DNA of 64,000 nucleotides from an uncultured Thermococci archaeon (GTDB taxonomy: Archaea; Methanobacteriota_B; Thermococci; Methanofastidiosales; B48-G16): assembly GCA_964595645.1 (NCBI GenBank), contig CAZQQT010000004.1:1-64000 (forward strand), read 5' to 3'. The notes beneath the pieces are model-generated. The model saw nothing but the letters and a program-made list of their open reading frames with translations. It was not told the DNA's origin and did no database searches. Numbering within the stretch: the first letter of the stretch is position 1; every line of letters starts with the position of its first letter. This document shows positions 59,380 through 64,000 of this stretch, in pieces. Both the position numbers and the translations under genes were made by a program.

Positions 59380-60666
59380 TTAGATATGGAGATACTTCTC
59401 ACGTTCCCAGTTCGTCACGTGGAGTCTATACTCATCCCACTCCTTCCGTTTTGCCCGCATAAACGAGTCGTACGCCTTGAACAATGCGTCTTCCACAACA
59501 GGATCCAATTCAAGTTCTTTCAACGAATCCTTTAGTGTGGAAGGGAGGAGCTCTATTCCTCTCTCCTCGATTTCATCGATATCCAGATTGTACAGGTTGT
59601 AGTTCACAGGAGACGGAGGCTGGAGATCGTTGGTGATACCGTCGAGACCTGCTCTGAGCAGGACGGAAAACGTGAGGTAGGGGTTACACGAGGCATCGGG
59701 TACTCGAAACTCCACTCGCTTCTGGTTAGATTTAGGAATTCGTATCAAGGAGGACCTGTTCCCTCTTCCCCACGAAATGTACGCAGGTGCTTCGTACCCC
59801 GGAATCAGTCGTTTATACGAGTTCACAGTAGGATTTGACACAGCACAGATCGCCTTGGCATGTTTCAGTATTCCAGCAATGAATGATAGGGCTGTAGAAG
59901 AAAGACCGAACTCATGATCCCCTTCAAACAAGTTATTCTCATCTGCGGAAAGGTTTAAGTGTGTGTGCATTCCATTCCCGTAGTCATCCTGAAAGGGTTT
60001 CGGCATGAAGGTCGCGGTGAGCTCGTTGAGACTTGCCACTATCCTCACGATGATCTTCGACGTGACTACGGCATCCGCCGTTCGCAGCGCATCAGAAAAT
60101 TTGAAATCAATTTCATGCTGTCCGTTGCCCACCTCATGGTGAGAGGCTTCGTACTCGATGCCAGAATCCATCATGAGCAACGCCGAGCTTTTTCTGATGT
60201 CATGGGCAAGATCCACCGGTGCAAAGTCAAAGTAGCCCCCATCATCGTGCTGTTTCATACCATCAGTGAGGAGGAAGAACTCCAGCTCCGTGCCCACATT
60301 GAATACGGTCTCTTCCCCAAGAGCCTCCTTCATCTCTCTAATATTTTTCTTTAAGATATACCGAGGATCTCCTTCAAACGGTGTATCATCCATATAGACA
60401 TCGCAGATGAACCGTCCTTCTTTTCTCCCGTTGAAATCGAATACTGAAAAAGTGGCGGGATCGGGACGAAGACTCATGTCACTTTCGCTGATCCTCGAAA
60501 ATCCCTCAATGGACGATCCATCAAATCCGATGCCCTCATCCACAGCAATCTCTAGATTTGTAGAGGGTATAGCCATGCTTTTGACCACGCCGTTAACATC
60601 GACAAACTGCAGTCTCAAAAAATTGATCTCTTCGCTTTCAAGTGTTTCACGTATTTGTTCAATCAT
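59380..60666 (-). CDS. glnA: Glutamine synthetase type I
   Basis: FDGSSIEGF, ELEFF, HHEV...QHEI, ATFMPKP, G.GMH, NSYKRL.PGYEAP, NRS..IR, EFR.PD; ATG 60666 after AGGTGA. Confidence 0.96.
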   Translation of the reverse strand: MIEQIRETLESEEINFLRLQFVDVNGVVKSMAIPSTNLEIAVDEGIGFDGSSIEGFSRISESDMSLRPDPATFSVFDFNGRKEGRFICDVYMDDTPFEGDPRYILKKNIREMKEALGEETVFNVGTELEFFLLTDGMKQHDDGGYFDFAPVDLAHDIRKSSALLMMDSGIEYEASHHEVGNGQHEIDFKFSDALRTADAVVTSKIIVRIVASLNELTATFMPKPFQDDYGNGMHTHLNLSADENNLFEGDHEFGLSSTALSFIAGILKHAKAICAVSNPTVNSYKRLIPGYEAPAYISWGRGNRSSLIRIPKSNQKRVEFRVPDASCNPYLTFSVLLRAGLDGITNDLQPPSPVNYNLYNLDIDEIEERGIELLPSTLKDSLKELELDPVVEDALFKAYDSFMRAKRKEWDEYRLHVTNWEREKYLHI

Positions 60667-60844
60667 TCTCTCACCTTGCATACATACATATTAAAAAATA
60701 ACAAAAGACTATATTTTTGTTTAGTTTAAAAAGTTTTCTATGCACGAATGATCCAATAATATCTTTAAAATGAGATCTTTCTTTTTTTCAGAACGATAAC
60801 TTTTAAATACGGTTTACCATTAACATATAGATAGGTGATAAAAT

Positions 60845-61003
60845 ATGCCAAGAAATGTTACGTTAGCTACTATCGTCCCACCAAAAATATTGGAAATGAT
60901 CGAGGAACTTGCTGTCCAAGGAAAGTACCGATCGAAATCAGATTTCGTGTATCAAGCAGTAATCGCCAAACTAGTAGAGGAAGGAAAAATAGAACGGGGA
61001 TAA
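60845..61003 (+). CDS. Ribbon-helix-helix (CopG/CdrS-like) protein, 52 aa, paralog of 58205-58363
   Basis: Not in ORF track. MPRNVTLATIVPPKILEMIEELAVQGKYRSKSDFVYQAVIAKLVEEGKIERG; AGGTGA RBS and TTTTAAATA box. Confidence 0.85.
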   Translation: MPRNVTLATIVPPKILEMIEELAVQGKYRSKSDFVYQAVIAKLVEEGKIERG

Positions 61004-61025
61004 GACGAAGAGCAAACTTTTCGTC
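61004..61025. terminator. Hairpin between convergent RHH and gyrB genes
   Basis: GACGAAGAG-CAAA-CTTTTCGTC, 9-bp stem with one G-U pair. Confidence 0.45.
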
Positions 61026-61027
61026 CT

Positions 61028-63648
<2,621 letters not shown>

Positions 63649-63669
63649 GAAAGTATTAAGAACAGAAAT

Positions 63670-63999
63670 TTAAAAAGTTAATCGTTCAACTACTCTCTTC
63701 AGATGTCCAGCCCCTACAACCGCAACAATTCGAGATTCTTCTATTTCCTCTATTTTTTTTGCCATGATCCTGTTCCTTTCTGTAATGAGCGCATGATAAA
63801 GATGTGGAGCGATCTTGTGGAACTCTTTAGAGAGATACTCGATGTTTTCTTCGGTCAGATCAAACTGTATCTCCTCTTCTTGAAAAGGAGAAAGAAAAAA
63901 AGACTTTAAAAGATTAAATTTCTCTTTGAGCGGTATTTTCGTCATTTTTTCTATTGTAATCTCTGCATCTCTATCGATAAGATACAGATTGGCACCGAT
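63670..63999 (-). CDS. TraB/PrgY family protein, partial (5' end outside window)
   Basis: Frame open to window end: LIDRDAEIT, LITERNRIMA, VAVVGAGH. Confidence 0.85.
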   Translation of the reverse strand: MGANLYLIDRDAEITIEKMTKIPLKEKFNLLKSFFLSPFQEEEIQFDLTEENIEYLSKEFHKIAPHLYHALITERNRIMAKKIEEIEESRIVAVVGAGHLKRVVERLTF

Positions 64000-64000
64000 G

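Overview
Gene-dense archaeal chromosomal window. Evidence: archaeal uL16/L10e, CDC48, CTP-dependent riboflavin kinase, archaeal-type AlaRS and MetRS, class III signal-peptide pilin with A24 peptidase, S-layer-like protein, TATA/BRE promoters and GGTGA ribosome-binding sites. Bacterial-type gyrB and uvrA plus Thermococci-like genes (DUF3201, AlaAT, S-layer) suggest an anaerobic, peptide-fermenting euryarchaeon of the Theionarchaea/Methanofastidiosa/Thermococci neighbourhood (inference). Main blocks: (1) a hydrogenase locus with hypCD, hypF, hypE and hycI around four soluble group-4 [NiFe]-hydrogenase subunits and no membrane subunits; (2) a citrate-lyase-like operon, CitD-CitE fusion + CitF + HD protein, whose carrier domain lacks the prosthetic-group serine and which has no citC/G/X; (3) a heat-shock block (Hsp20 + CBS-HPF protein divergent from wHTH + cdc48) next to iscSU; (4) an AT-rich island with a surface-protein gene split at an (AT)n tract; (5) three nucleotidyltransferase TA-like loci, two with only relics of the HEPN toxin; (6) a pilin/peptidase/glnA block bracketed by two paralogous 52-aa RHH genes. 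Genes missing from the ORF track: a >665-aa secreted protein at the left edge, a 27-aa Lys-rich micro-gene and the two RHH genes. Several probable pseudo-enzymes (GH113 E-to-Q, cis-prenyltransferase, PIN). No rRNA, tRNA, CRISPR array or transposase seen. All family calls come from motif recognition by eye, not database searches.
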